Notes: generated from the sequence alone by a model not told the origin. Shown: positions 37,298 through 47,797, counted from the first letter of the stretch. The stretch: DNA of 64,000 bases from Myxococcota bacterium (GCA_050618075.1 JBNLVL010000004.1:461587-525586), one strand, 5' to 3'. Program-made: numbers and translations.

Positions 37298-38504
37298 CGC
37301 GAGCGAGCCTCCGCGCGACGTTCCGCCGGATCGCATAGTAGTCGATCAGGGGCGCGAACATGTTCATGAACAGGATCGCCAGCATCATGCCCTCGGGGTA
37401 GGCCGGGTTCACGCAGCGGATCAGCACGCACAGCACCCCGATCCCGAAGCCGTAGACCCAGCGCCCGCCCTCGGTGTAGCTGGAGCTCACCGGGTCGGTG
37501 CACATGTAGACCGTTCCGAGCGCCCAGCCGCCGAGCACCATGTGCCAGTACCAGGGCACCGAGAACATGGGGTTCGTGTCCGAGCCGGCCCAGTTCAGGA
37601 AGGCCGCCATGGCGATGGTGCCGAGCGCGGTCCCGGCCATGGTCCGCCAGGAGCCGACGCCGGTGAGGATGATGAGGCCGGCGCCCAGCAGGCAGCCCAG
37701 GGCGGAGGTCTCGCCCATCGAGCCCGGGATGAAGCCGATGAAGGCGGCCCACCAGCTCGCCCCCTCCAGGGCGCCGGGGGTGGCCGCAGCCTGGGCCAGC
37801 CAGGTCGCGCCGGTGAAGCCGTCCACGCCGAGGAAGTCCGCGGCGATCCACGGGGCCTCGCCGCTGATGTCCGCGGGATACGCGAAGAAGAGGATGGCGC
37901 GCACCACCAGGGCGGGGTTCAGGAAGTTCATTCCCGTGCCGCCGAACACCTCCTTCGCGAAGACCAGACCCACGATGGTCGCGAGCGAGACCTGCCAGAG
38001 CGGGATGGTGGGCGGCACCGTCAGCGGGATGAGCGCGCCGGTGACGAAGAACCCCTCGCTCACCTCGTGGCCGCGGATGATGCAGAAGACGAGCTCGATG
38101 GCGATGCCCGAGATCATGGTCACCGCGTAGACCGGCACGAAGTAGAGGGCGCCGAAGAAGATGCACATCAGCGGGCTGGCCGAGGAGTACTCGCCGCCGA
38201 GCCGCAGGAAGACCCAGTTCTGCCAGTTCAGGAGCGGCTCGGCCCCGGCCTCGATCGCCAGCGACGCCTGCAGGCCGGTGTTGTACATGGCCATCAGGAA
38301 CAGCGGCTGGAGCGCGATCACCACGGTGATCATCATGCGCTTGTAGTCGAGGCCGTCGCGCACGTGGGAGCCGGTGCGGGTCACCTCGCCCGGCGTGAAC
38401 AGGAAGGTGTCCCCCGCCTCCCAGAGCGGGTACAGCTTCTCGAGCTTCCCGCCCTTCTCGAAGTGGACGGCGAGGTCGTCCATCGCGTCCCGGAGGAGCT
38501 TCAT
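37287..38504 (-). CDS. nqrB: Na+-NQR subunit B
   Basis: 405 aa polytopic protein. FMN site context GVDGFTGATWL. The start abuts the nqrA stop (TGAATG). Confidence 0.95.
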   Translation of the reverse strand: MKLLRDAMDDLAVHFEKGGKLEKLYPLWEAGDTFLFTPGEVTRTGSHVRDGLDYKRMMITVVIALQPLFLMAMYNTGLQASLAIEAGAEPLLNWQNWVFLRLGGEYSSASPLMCIFFGALYFVPVYAVTMISGIAIELVFCIIRGHEVSEGFFVTGALIPLTVPPTIPLWQVSLATIVGLVFAKEVFGGTGMNFLNPALVVRAILFFAYPADISGEAPWIAADFLGVDGFTGATWLAQAAATPGALEGASWWAAFIGFIPGSMGETSALGCLLGAGLIILTGVGSWRTMAGTALGTIAMAAFLNWAGSDTNPMFSVPWYWHMVLGGWALGTVYMCTDPVSSSYTEGGRWVYGFGIGVLCVLIRCVNPAYPEGMMLAILFMNMFAPLIDYYAIRRNVARRLARVGA

Positions 38505-39890
38505 TCAGCCTTCCTTCTCGATGCGCTCGAGGTTCTTCCGCAGATAGGGCCCGAACTCGGTCTTGCCGGGGCACACGAAGGTGCAGAGCGCGATGTCTTC
38601 CTCGTCGAGCTCGAGCGCTCCCAGCGCCACCGCCTGCTCGGTGTCTCCCACCACGAGAGCGCGCAGCAGATAGGTCGCGACGATGTCCATGGGCATCACC
38701 CGCTCGTAGGTGCCGAGCGGCATCATGGCGCGGTGGGAGCCGTTGGTGTCCGTCGTGAAGTCGAACTTCTTCCCGCGCAGCAGACGCGACAGGAAGATGG
38801 GAATGGTCGAGAAGGTCTCGAACCCCGGCCCGAGCCAGCCGAGCATGCGGCGGTTGTGGCCCTCGACCACGGCGCTCACCTGCACGTGGTGCCGGCCCAG
38901 ATAGCCGAACTCGGGCCCCACGGCCTTCTTTCCGGACAGCACCGAGCCGGAGATGGTGCGCACGCCGCGCTCGTCCTCGATCAGCTCGCCGGCCGCAAGC
39001 TCGGCGATCGAGGCGCCGGCGCGGGTCCGCAGCAGCCGCGGCGTCTTCACGGCGGGTCCGGCCAGGGAGATGATCCGCTCCGCGGGCCAGCGCCCGTCCG
39101 CGAACAGCCGGCCCACGGCGATCACGTCCTGGTAGCCGATGTGCCAGGCCGAGCGGGTCTGGGAGACCGGCGCCAGGGTGTGGATGTGCACGCCGGGGTT
39201 GCCGGCGGGGTGGGGGCCGTGGAACTCCTCGACCTGCACCGGCGCATCGACGCCGTCGGGAATGCGGCTGCCCCGGGCCACGCAGAGGTAGGTGGTGCCC
39301 TCGAGCAGGCGGGAGAGCAGGCGCAGGCCCCGCTGGAAGTCGTCCCGGGCCTCGCCCACGACCACCTCGGGGTCCGGGGCGAGGGGGTTCGTATCGATGG
39401 CGGTCACGAACAGCGCGTGGGGCGTCGCCTGGACGTCGGGCACCCGACCGAAGGGCCGGGAGCGGAGCGCGGTCCAGCAGCCGGACTCGACGAGCAGGGC
39501 GCGGACGGCGTCGGGGCTCCAGCCCTCGGGATCGCCTCCGCCGTGGGCCTCGAAGCGTTCGAGCTCGGCGTCGCCGGGCCGTCCGGCGCGCTCGCCTTCG
39601 GACAGCTCGATCACCACCGAGCGAAGCATGCGCCGGGCGCCCCGGTGGATCGCGGCCACCCGTCCGGCACCGGGGGCGACGTAGCGAGCACCTTCCCGGG
39701 TCCGATCCTCGAACAACAGCTGACCGCGGCGAACCGTGTCGCCCTCGCTCACGGCCATCCGGGCCCTTACCCCGGGGGTATCGTCCCCCAGGACCGCCAC
39801 GGTCGTCAGCTGGGGTCCTTCGCCGATCTGCTGCTCGGGCTCACCCGAGATGGGGAGATCCAGACCTCTGCGTACGCGATGGATCGCCAA
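38505..39890 (-). CDS. nqrA: Na+-NQR subunit A
   Basis: [20 protein letters not shown] matches the NqrA N-terminus. TTG 39890 is preceded by AGGAGGGGAGAG. The upstream part of ORF 38505..40046 is non-conserved. Confidence 0.9.
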   Translation of the reverse strand: MAIHRVRRGLDLPISGEPEQQIGEGPQLTTVAVLGDDTPGVRARMAVSEGDTVRRGQLLFEDRTREGARYVAPGAGRVAAIHRGARRMLRSVVIELSEGERAGRPGDAELERFEAHGGGDPEGWSPDAVRALLVESGCWTALRSRPFGRVPDVQATPHALFVTAIDTNPLAPDPEVVVGEARDDFQRGLRLLSRLLEGTTYLCVARGSRIPDGVDAPVQVEEFHGPHPAGNPGVHIHTLAPVSQTRSAWHIGYQDVIAVGRLFADGRWPAERIISLAGPAVKTPRLLRTRAGASIAELAAGELIEDERGVRTISGSVLSGKKAVGPEFGYLGRHHVQVSAVVEGHNRRMLGWLGPGFETFSTIPIFLSRLLRGKKFDFTTDTNGSHRAMMPLGTYERVMPMDIVATYLLRALVVGDTEQAVALGALELDEEDIALCTFVCPGKTEFGPYLRKNLERIEKEG

Positions 39891-40101
39891 CCCGCTTCTC
39901 TCCCCTCCTGCCCCGTCACAGGCTCGAGCTCTTTGATTCCAAGATGTTCCCGGTACGGGTTGCTCAGGCGCGCGGTGGGCGCAGGCCTGGACGGGGCCGG
40001 AGGATAACAATCCGCAGGCTGGGCGCGAGCGCCAGATCCACCTCAAATGGGCACCCCGTGATACCCTGAAGTTGGATCAGTGTCCGATGGAGGACGATTC
40101 C

Positions 40102-40587
40102 ATGGAGCGAGCCAGAGTCCCCGACGCCAGGCAGATCATGACCACCCAGCTGGTCACCCTGCGGCCCGACATGCCGGCCGTGGACGCGGCCGAGCTGCTG
40201 CTCAAGAACGCCATCTCGGGGGCGCCCGTGGTGGATTCGAAGGGCAACCTGCTGGGCCTGCTCTCGGAGTTCGACTGCCTGCGTGCGGTCGCCGCATCGG
40301 ACTACGAGATGGACGCCCACGACGTCTCCGAGGTGGTGGGCGACCTCATGACCCAGGCCTGCCACACCATCTCGCCGGAGATGGACCTCTTCGCCCTGGC
40401 CCACGAGTTCGTCAAGCTGCGCGTGCGGCGGCTGCCGGTGGTGGAGAACGGCCGGCTCCTGGGCCAGGTGAGCCGACGCGACGCCCTGCGCGCGGCAGTC
40501 GATCTACGCAAGGCGCGGATCGCCAGGCGGAGCGGCTTCCGGGCGTATCCCGAGGGCCGCGAGCCCATCACCAACTACCCGCGCTGA
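40102..40587 (+). CDS. CBS-pair domain protein
   Basis: Two CBS motifs: IMTTQLVTLRPDMPAVDAAELLLKNAISGAPVVD and LMTQACHTISPEMDLFALAHEFVKLRVRRLPVVE. ATG 40102 lies 7 nt after GGAGGA. Confidence 0.85.
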   Translation: MERARVPDARQIMTTQLVTLRPDMPAVDAAELLLKNAISGAPVVDSKGNLLGLLSEFDCLRAVAASDYEMDAHDVSEVVGDLMTQACHTISPEMDLFALAHEFVKLRVRRLPVVENGRLLGQVSRRDALRAAVDLRKARIARRSGFRAYPEGREPITNYPR

Positions 40588-40651
40588 GTCGAGACCTCCG
40601 CGGCGCGGGGTTCCTCGCTTTCCAGGGTCCCAGGGTTCCCGCGCTCCAGGA

Positions 40652-41557
40652 CTAGGGCAGGACGGGCCTGCTGAAGTCCTCGGGCTTGAGGACCAGCATC
40701 GAGCAGTCGAGACAGCCCAGCAGCCGCTCGGCGGTGTTGCCCAGGATCAGCCCGGGCAGGCCGGCCCGGGACACCGTGCCCATCACGACGAGGTCGGCGC
40801 CCAGCTTGCGGACGCCCTCGAGGATCGCCCGGGCGGGCGTCGTGACCCCCACGTGGACGCTGGCGCGCCCGCCGAAGCCGACCGCCTCCAGGCTCGCCGC
40901 GACCTCCTTCCGATAGGCCGCGCCCTGTTCCGCCTCGTAGTCCTCGACCGACGGGCCGCCGCCCATGTGGTGGGACATCGCGAGCTGGAGCGCGTGCACC
41001 GGATGCAGCTCGGCGTCGAACCGCTCGGCCAGCCAGGCCGCGGCCTCGAGGATCGCCCGACCGAGATCCGTGCGCTCGCAGGCGGCCAGGATCACCTTGG
41101 GATGGACCTCGCTGCCCGGCTTGAAGACCCAGACCGGTGCCGGGCACTTGCGCAGCAGCGACTGGCTCACGCTGCCCAGGGGTCGACCGTCGTTCTGGAC
41201 CTGGGAGCGCTTGCCCACCAGGACCAGGTCGGCCTCCTCCTTCTCCACCTGACGGATGATGGCGAGCCAGGGCGTCTCGCCCGAGAGCACGAGCTCGGAC
41301 TCGATGCCCTCGGCGGCGAACTCCCGCATCACGTCGCCCAGGGCGAGCCGCGCCTGATCCTCGTCGGGCGGAACCGGAACGAAGTTGCCGTCCTGCTGGT
41401 CCCAGCGCTCGTCGGCCCGCCACGAGTGGACGACGCTGACACGGGCGCCGGTGCGGACCGAGAGCCAACGGGCCTGCTCGAGAGCCAGGCGGGAGCCTGC
41501 CGAGATCGAGCCGCCGGTGAGGTCGACCCCGACCAGGAGCTTCCGGAATCGGAACAT
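40652..41557 (-). CDS. tandem universal stress protein (UspA family)
   Basis: 301 aa from ATG 41557. Two Usp domains, each ending in a G-x2-G-x9-G(S/T)-like ATP motif (LVLVGKRS...GSVSQSLL and LVVMGTVSRAGLPGLILGNTAERLL). Confidence 0.9.
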   Translation of the reverse strand: MFRFRKLLVGVDLTGGSISAGSRLALEQARWLSVRTGARVSVVHSWRADERWDQQDGNFVPVPPDEDQARLALGDVMREFAAEGIESELVLSGETPWLAIIRQVEKEEADLVLVGKRSQVQNDGRPLGSVSQSLLRKCPAPVWVFKPGSEVHPKVILAACERTDLGRAILEAAAWLAERFDAELHPVHALQLAMSHHMGGGPSVEDYEAEQGAAYRKEVAASLEAVGFGGRASVHVGVTTPARAILEGVRKLGADLVVMGTVSRAGLPGLILGNTAERLLGCLDCSMLVLKPEDFSRPVLP

Positions 41558-41604
41558 GGCGGGAGCGTAGCGACCGACCCCAGCGGACGCCGCGGGCGCG
41601 GGGC

Positions 41605-42585
41605 TCAGAACCCCGGCAGGCCGTCGCGGATGCGGGCGGAGAAGTCCGGCGCGTCGTCGGCGGCCCGGGCCGCCTCGCCGACGTCGCTCGCCGCCCGCAG
41701 ATCCTCGAAGGCCAGGCTCGTGTCGATGCTGCCCCGCTCGTAGGCCATCTCGTCGATCAGGCCGTTCACCAGGATGCGCCAGTCCCAGGGGTTGTCCGGC
41801 GCCACCTGCTTGATGTGGTAGCGGATGGCGGTGGTGCAGTTGTGGGTGGCGGCGTTGTACCAGCGGGCCTCGCGGTTCAGGCGATCGATCTCGTGGAGGT
41901 ACTGCTCGAGCACGGCGCGGGCGCCCTCGGGCTTCACGTTGGTGAGACGGTAGAGTCGCACCTGCTCGCCGCGGTAGTTCGTGCGCAGCCGGACCAGGTC
42001 GCGCTCGTCGGCCACCACGTAGTACAGCTCGAACTGCCGGAAGAAGCCGAGGACGGCCGAGTACTCCTCGCCCACCTCCTTGCGGGTCTCGATGGAGATG
42101 GCCAGGTGCTCTCCGTCCTCGAACTCCCAGCTCATGATGGTGTGGGCGATGAGGGGCGATCCCCAGTAGGAGAGGAAGAGGTCGACGCCCGTGATCTTCG
42201 AGAGATCGTAGGTGCGCTCCTCCCAGCGCGGCGTGTACTCGAGCTCGCTCTCGTAGTCGAAGTTGCGGACGTTGGAGATGACGACCTGGTCGCCGGCGAA
42301 GGTCGCGGTGGGTGTGCGCGACACGTCCTCCAGCCACTCGCGATCGTTGCTCGCGGGGATCGAGCGCCACCAGCCGACCACCAGCAGGAACAGGACCGCA
42401 TAGGCGAGGAGCGCCCGGCGAAACGGCCGCAGCGCCGCGAACACGGCGGCGCCCGCCGCGACGTAGGCGAAGGCGAGCGCCCCCGCCAGGATCCGGGACT
42501 CCGGCCCGTCGATCCACAGCGCGGCACAGGACCACGCCGCCGTGAGCAAGAGGACGGGAAAGAGGAGGACGACTCGCCAGAGCAT
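41605..42585 (-). CDS. DUF4105/Lnb N-terminal periplasmic domain family membrane protein
   Basis: 326 aa with three N-terminal TM segments, then VISNVRNFDY...DLFLSYWGSPLIAHTIMSWEF...YYVVADERD...YNAATHNCTT, typical of this family. Confidence 0.75.
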   Translation of the reverse strand: MLWRVVLLFPVLLLTAAWSCAALWIDGPESRILAGALAFAYVAAGAAVFAALRPFRRALLAYAVLFLLVVGWWRSIPASNDREWLEDVSRTPTATFAGDQVVISNVRNFDYESELEYTPRWEERTYDLSKITGVDLFLSYWGSPLIAHTIMSWEFEDGEHLAISIETRKEVGEEYSAVLGFFRQFELYYVVADERDLVRLRTNYRGEQVRLYRLTNVKPEGARAVLEQYLHEIDRLNREARWYNAATHNCTTAIRYHIKQVAPDNPWDWRILVNGLIDEMAYERGSIDTSLAFEDLRAASDVGEAARAADDAPDFSARIRDGLPGF

Positions 42586-42641
42586 CGGCGCAAGTCAAGC
42601 ACATGCCGGGCTCGCCGTGGGCGCCGATCGGGCGAACGGGC

Positions 42642-44090
42642 TCAGGAGCAGACGATGCCCAGCACCTCGCGGGCGTAGTCCGCGGCGGACGCGAAGTGGG
42701 GGATGGGTCCGCCCAGGGCGGCGTCGGGACCCGGCAGGGGCGCGGCCGGGGCGCGATCCAGGAGCTCGGCCAGCAGCTCGCGACCGCTCATGTGGGCGCC
42801 GTCGGGCTCGTCGAGCTCGATCGCCTCGTCCAGACCCGAGAGCCGCAGTCGCACCCCGCGCAGGGGCTGACCGTGGCTGGGACCGCTGCGCCAGTTGAGG
42901 AGCAGATCCACGACCACCCGGGTCTCGGGAGCGAGGCCGTCGACCTGGGCGACGGCCACCGCCTCGAGCGCTTCGTAGGAGACCCGCGCGCGGCGCGAGC
43001 CCTCGAGCTCCACCACGAGGGTGGCCTCGCCGAGGGACGAGAGCCGACCGTTGTGGACCTCCAGGCGCCGTCCGGACGAAGCCGACTGCGGGTCCGCCTC
43101 TGCCTGGTCGTCGCTGGGCACCTGGGCGGAGCGCGTGGGCGGCAGGCGTCTGCGGAGCGCCTCGAGCTCGTCGTCGCTGAGCTCGGGTCGGGGCGGACTC
43201 TCGGTGTAGAGGGGGTGCTGGCTCGCCCCCGGACGTCGCGGAGCGGTCTCGGACCCGCTCGGGGTCGGGGTCTCCGGTGGCGCCTCCTCGGCGTCGACGG
43301 GCTCCGGGACCGGCGGCGGCGGCTCCTCGAGCTCTTCGAGCGGGGGCGGCGGCTCGGCTTCCGGATCGAGCTCGGCGATCAGCTCCAGCATGCGCCGGCG
43401 CTTGGCCTCGTGGAGCTCGAAGTTCTCGAGGGCCGACCGGGCGGCGGTCAGCGCGGAATCGGGGTCGAGCTCGCGGGCCTGCTCGGCCACGTGGATCGCG
43501 ATCCCGGGCGTGAGACCGGAGTTGTCCGGATGGACCGCGGCGCGCAGGGCCTGGACCAGGGCGGCTGCGCGCTCGTCCTTGGCCACGGCCGCCTCGGCGT
43601 CCTCCTCCTCGGCCCCCGCGGCCTCGCGCTGGGCGGCCTCGACCTGCTCCTGAAGGGCGGGCACGATGCGCACCAGGGCTGCCGGCTCGGCCAGCGCACC
43701 CTCGACGCGGGTCGTGAGCTCCACCCAGTACTGGGTGGCCAGATCGACCTGGCCGGCCTGGGCGTAGCGTCGGATGAGACCGGCGACGGCCGGTGCGGCG
43801 GAGGGCGCGCGGTCGTACTCCGAGGCCACGTCCCAGAACGCGACGGCCACATCGACCTCGTCGCCGCGCTCCCCGTACTCCTCTTCCAGGAGGTGGAAGG
43901 CCGCGGCGAGGTTCCCGCGGTCCCGGGCGTCCAGGGCCTGCTTCAGCAGACCGGTTCGGGTGGCCTCCTTCACGGTGTCGGTGAAGCCGGCCACGAGCTT
44001 TCCGCCCCGCTGGAAGATCGAGCCCAGACGCCCGCCTCCAGCGTCGGCTCCGCCGCCCGCCCTGTTCTCGTCGCCGCCCATGCCGCCCAT
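42642..44090 (-). CDS. hypothetical protein (helical N-domain, Pro/Glu-rich linker, unassigned C-domain)
   Basis: Frame is coding-like from about MGGMGGDENR. Start ATG 44090, 44081 or 44141 is uncertain. No family motif recognised. The 5' end of the 556-aa ORF would run into the divergent permease gene. Confidence 0.5.
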   Translation of the reverse strand: MGGMGGDENRAGGGADAGGGRLGSIFQRGGKLVAGFTDTVKEATRTGLLKQALDARDRGNLAAAFHLLEEEYGERGDEVDVAVAFWDVASEYDRAPSAAPAVAGLIRRYAQAGQVDLATQYWVELTTRVEGALAEPAALVRIVPALQEQVEAAQREAAGAEEEDAEAAVAKDERAAALVQALRAAVHPDNSGLTPGIAIHVAEQARELDPDSALTAARSALENFELHEAKRRRMLELIAELDPEAEPPPPLEELEEPPPPVPEPVDAEEAPPETPTPSGSETAPRRPGASQHPLYTESPPRPELSDDELEALRRRLPPTRSAQVPSDDQAEADPQSASSGRRLEVHNGRLSSLGEATLVVELEGSRRARVSYEALEAVAVAQVDGLAPETRVVVDLLLNWRSGPSHGQPLRGVRLRLSGLDEAIELDEPDGAHMSGRELLAELLDRAPAAPLPGPDAALGGPIPHFASAADYAREVLGIVCS

Positions 44091-44277
44091 CCCTCTGCCG
44101 TGCCCGACCGCACGTCGAGCCCGGGGCCCGATTCCTCTCATCGTCCGAAGGGGCCGGAGACTGAGAAAGGAATGGGCCGGATTCCCCCTCGGGGACAGTG
44201 GGAGATGCCTATCATCCGCCGTTCCCGTCCCCGCGGCGCAATCCGGCTCGCGATTGCGCGACCCCAGCGAGGAGTGA

Positions 44278-45516
44278 ATGAGCGATTCCCACCAGGCGAC
44301 GGGCGACGCCACCCTCGCGCGCTCCGTCTCGTTCCCCTGGCTGGTGCTCTACGGCCTGGGCACCACGATCGGGGCTGGCATCTACGCCCTCACCGGGGTG
44401 GTGGCGGGTCGCTCCGGTCTGATGGCCCCGTCCGCATTCGCCTTCGCGTCGCTCATGGCCCTGTTCACCGCCCTGTCGTTCGCGGAGCTCTCGTCGAGGT
44501 TCCCGCGCGCCGGAGGCGAGGCGGTGTACGTGCGCGAGGGCCTGGGCTCCCGCCGCCTGTCCAGCGTCGTGGGCGTGCTCGTGGTGATCGCGGGCCTGAT
44601 CTCCGCCGCCACGGTGAGTGTGGGCTTCGCCGGGTATCTCTCCGCGTTCGTCGAGGTGAACCGCGTGCTGGTGGCGGGGGGCGCGGTGCTCGCCATCGGC
44701 GGCGTCGCCGCCTGGGGAGTGCGCGAGTCGGTCACCCTGGCCGGCCTGATGACCCTGCTCGAGGTGGGCGGCCTGCTGATGGTGATCGGCTTCGGATGGC
44801 CGGTTCTGCAGGACTGGCCGGAGCGCGCCCCGGAGATGCTGCCCAGCGACGGCGCCTCGCTGGCGGCGGTCGCCGGCAGCGGCATCCTCGCCTTCTACGC
44901 CTTCCTCGGATTCGAGGACATGGTGAACGTGGCCGAAGAGGTGCGCGACGTCCGGCGCACCCTGCCACGGGCCATCCTGGTCACCCTGGGCGTGACGACG
45001 CTCCTCTACGTCGTGCTCGCCGCGGTGGCGGTGCTCGCGGTTCCGCCGTCGGAGCTCGCCGCGTCGGAGGCGCCGCTGTCCCTGGTCTTCGAGCGTTGCG
45101 GCGGCCGTCCGGAGATCCTGGGGGCGATCGCCCTGTTCGCGCTGCTCAACGGCGCCCTGGTCCAGGTGATCAAGGGGTCGCGGGTGCTCTACGGCCTGGG
45201 GCGTCAGGGCTCGCTGCCCTCGCGCCTGGGCCGGGTGCACCCGCGCACGCGCACCCCGCTGCTCGCCACCGCGATCGCCACGGGCGTGGCGGCCGCGCTG
45301 GCGGTCGCCTTCCCCCTGGAGGTGCTGGCCGAGGCGACCTCGGCCGTCACCCTGGTGACGTTCTGTCTGGCGAACGTCGCGTTGGTGGTGGTGAAGCTGC
45401 GAGACCCCCGTCCCGACGGCGTCGTGTGCTACCCGCTCGCGGTCCCCATCGCCGGAGCCCTGGTCACCTCGGGCCTGCTGGTCTTCGAGGCGGTCCACCG
45501 GGTGGGCGGCTCCTGA
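44278..45516 (+). CDS. APC superfamily amino acid permease
   Basis: 412 aa, ~12 TM. N-terminal LGTTIGAGIYALTG and FAELSSRFPRAGGEAVY signature. Confidence 0.9.
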   Translation: MSDSHQATGDATLARSVSFPWLVLYGLGTTIGAGIYALTGVVAGRSGLMAPSAFAFASLMALFTALSFAELSSRFPRAGGEAVYVREGLGSRRLSSVVGVLVVIAGLISAATVSVGFAGYLSAFVEVNRVLVAGGAVLAIGGVAAWGVRESVTLAGLMTLLEVGGLLMVIGFGWPVLQDWPERAPEMLPSDGASLAAVAGSGILAFYAFLGFEDMVNVAEEVRDVRRTLPRAILVTLGVTTLLYVVLAAVAVLAVPPSELAASEAPLSLVFERCGGRPEILGAIALFALLNGALVQVIKGSRVLYGLGRQGSLPSRLGRVHPRTRTPLLATAIATGVAAALAVAFPLEVLAEATSAVTLVTFCLANVALVVVKLRDPRPDGVVCYPLAVPIAGALVTSGLLVFEAVHRVGGS

Positions 45517-45631
45517 GTCGCGGGCGACGGTGAAGGCGGCCGGGAGCAGCCGGGCCCGACGGGCCTCGGCCCGCCCCGTCGAGCCTGTCCTGTGCCAAGA
45601 TGGGAGGCGATGCCAGCAACGCGGAGGCCCC

Positions 45632-46774
45632 ATGACCGTCGACATCCAGCCCTTCGAGATCGAAGCCAGCGACGAGGAGCTCGAGCAGCTGCGAAGCCGC
45701 CTGCGCGCCACGCGCTGGCCCGAGCGCGAGACGGTGGACGACTGGTCCCAGGGCATCCCGCTCGCGTATCTCCAGGAGGTGTGCGCCTACTGGGCCGACG
45801 CCTACGACTGGCGCGCGCGGGAAGCCCGACTGAACGCCTTCCCGCAGTTCCGGGCGACGCTCGACGGACTGGGGATCCACTTCATCCACGCGAAGTCGCC
45901 GGAGCCGAATGCGCTACCGCTGGTGATGTCCCACGGCTGGCCGGGCTCGGTCGTCGAGTTCCACAAGGTGATCGGGCCGCTCAGCGACCCCGCGCGCCAC
46001 GGCGGAGACCCGGCGGACGCCTTCCACGTGGTGTGCCCCTCGCTCCCCGGCTACGGGTTCTCCGACAAGCCCTCCCGGACGGGCTGGGGCGTCGAGAAGA
46101 TCGCCGACAACTGGAGCGAGCTGATGCGCGCGCTGGGCTACTCGCGCTACGTGGCCCAGGGTGGCGACTGGGGCTCCATGGTGACCACGCGCATCGGCAT
46201 CCAGGACCCCGAACACTGTCTGGGCATCCACCTGAACATGCCCATCGCGCCGCCCGACCCGGAGACCCTGGGCGACCTCACGCCCGTGGAGGCCGCGGCG
46301 CTCGCGTCCATGGACGCCTATGGGAAGTTCGACTCGGGCTACTCGAAGCAGCAGAGCACGCGGCCCCAGACCCTCGGCTACGCACTGGTCGACTCGCCGG
46401 CCGGCCAGGCGGGCTGGATCCTCGAGAAGTTCTGGAGCTGGATGGACTGCGACGGACACCCCGAGAACGTCGTCACCCGGGACGAGCTCCTCGACAACGT
46501 CATGCTCTACTGGCTGCCGGGCACGGGCGCCTCTTCGGGACGTCTGTACTGGGAGAGCTTCAACGACCCCTCGATGGAGGAGGTGAAGGTCCGCACCGGC
46601 TGCAGCATCTTCCCCAAGGAGATCTTCCGCTCTTCCCGACGCTGGGCCGAGAAGCGGTTCACGAACCTGGTGCACTGGAACGAGCTGGAGCGCGGCGGCC
46701 ACTTCGCCGCCTTCGAGCAGCCCGAGACCTTCGTGGACGAGCTCCGCACCTGCTTCCGGCCCATGCGGGGGTAG
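45632..46774 (+). CDS. epoxide hydrolase (microsomal-EH-like N-terminal domain plus alpha/beta hydrolase)
   Basis: ATG 45632. FEIEASDEELEQLRSRLRATRWP, HGWPGSVVEF oxyanion motif, nucleophile context GGDWGS. Confidence 0.9.
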   Translation: MTVDIQPFEIEASDEELEQLRSRLRATRWPERETVDDWSQGIPLAYLQEVCAYWADAYDWRAREARLNAFPQFRATLDGLGIHFIHAKSPEPNALPLVMSHGWPGSVVEFHKVIGPLSDPARHGGDPADAFHVVCPSLPGYGFSDKPSRTGWGVEKIADNWSELMRALGYSRYVAQGGDWGSMVTTRIGIQDPEHCLGIHLNMPIAPPDPETLGDLTPVEAAALASMDAYGKFDSGYSKQQSTRPQTLGYALVDSPAGQAGWILEKFWSWMDCDGHPENVVTRDELLDNVMLYWLPGTGASSGRLYWESFNDPSMEEVKVRTGCSIFPKEIFRSSRRWAEKRFTNLVHWNELERGGHFAAFEQPETFVDELRTCFRPMRG

Positions 46775-46868
46775 CGGGGCACGTCCCCGGCGCCCACGGC
46801 GTCCCCCTCTTCGCCGACACCGGCCCCTCCGCGCCCGGGCATCACGACGGCGCGAGCGCTTCGCCGGC

Positions 46869-46916
46869 GCCCTCCCCGACGCCCTCCCCGACGGCCTCCC
46901 CGACGCCCTCCCGGCG
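46869..46916. repeat. 12-nt tandem repeat G(C/G)CCTCCCCGAC x3 plus a partial fourth copy
   Basis: gccctccccgac / gccctccccgac / ggcctccccgac / gccctcccggcg read directly. It ends 8 nt before the lgt ATG. Confidence 0.8.
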
Positions 46917-46923
46917 TGGTGAT

Positions 46924-47790
46924 ATGCTGTCGGCCCCATCGAACGGAGGCGCCGTGTATCCCGTCCTGTTCCGCATCGGAAGCTACGAGGTGGCGAGCTA
47001 TGGCGTGATGCTCACCCTGGCGTTCGCCCTGGGCATCTTCATCGCCTCCCGCCGCGCCAACGCCCGCGGACTGAACGGCGAGGCGGTCCTCGACTGCGGC
47101 ATCTGGATCATCGTCAGCGCGCTGCTCGGCTCGCGCGCCTTCTGGGTCGTCACCCACTGGGAGCAGTTCCGTCCTCCCCAGGGCTCGCTGCTGGACGCCG
47201 TCAACCCGCTCGCCAGCGACGGCCAGTTCGTCGGAGTGGCGGGGCTCTCGGTCATGGGCGGACTGCCCGCGGCCCTCGTCGTCGGCCTGGTCTTCTTCCG
47301 CTGGAAGAAGCTCCCGATCCTCGACTTCGCGGACCTGATGGCGCCGGCGGTGGCGCTGGGCGCGGGCATCACGCGGATCGGCTGCTTCCTGAACGGCTGC
47401 TGCTTCGGAATCCTGTGCCCCGAGTCCATCGGCGTCCACTTCCCCCCGGACTCGCTGCCCGCGAGCGTCTTCCACGACTCGCCCATCCACGCCGTCCAGC
47501 TCTACGCGTCGTTCGCGGGCTTCGCGATCGCGGGCTTCCTGTTCTGGCTGGACGACCGGCGCCCCTTCCAGGGCGCCGTGCTCTTCTCCATGTGCACGCT
47601 GATGGGCCTGCAACGCTTCGGGCTCGAGTTCATCCGCTGGAACGAGGGGGGCGAGATCTGGTTCCGGATCGGCGACCAGATCATCAGCTCCTACCAGGGC
47701 GTGGCCATGTCGCTGGTGCTGGTGGGCGTGGCGGGTCTGTTCTGGACCGCGTCGCGCGGACGCCGGAAAGAGGCGACCGGCCGGACCTGA
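46924..47790 (+). CDS. lgt: prolipoprotein diacylglyceryl transferase
   Basis: YGVMLTLAFALG, LDFADLMAPAVALGAGITRIGCFLNGCCFG, and HAVQLY are Lgt family blocks. Confidence 0.9.
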   Translation: MLSAPSNGGAVYPVLFRIGSYEVASYGVMLTLAFALGIFIASRRANARGLNGEAVLDCGIWIIVSALLGSRAFWVVTHWEQFRPPQGSLLDAVNPLASDGQFVGVAGLSVMGGLPAALVVGLVFFRWKKLPILDFADLMAPAVALGAGITRIGCFLNGCCFGILCPESIGVHFPPDSLPASVFHDSPIHAVQLYASFAGFAIAGFLFWLDDRRPFQGAVLFSMCTLMGLQRFGLEFIRWNEGGEIWFRIGDQIISSYQGVAMSLVLVGVAGLFWTASRGRRKEATGRT

Positions 47791-47797
47791 TCGCCCG

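Noticed and set aside
40652-42604. 650-aa minus ORF
   Set aside because: It is a composite. Only the C-terminal 301 aa (tandem Usp) are real. The N-terminal part overlaps the DUF4105-family gene out of frame.
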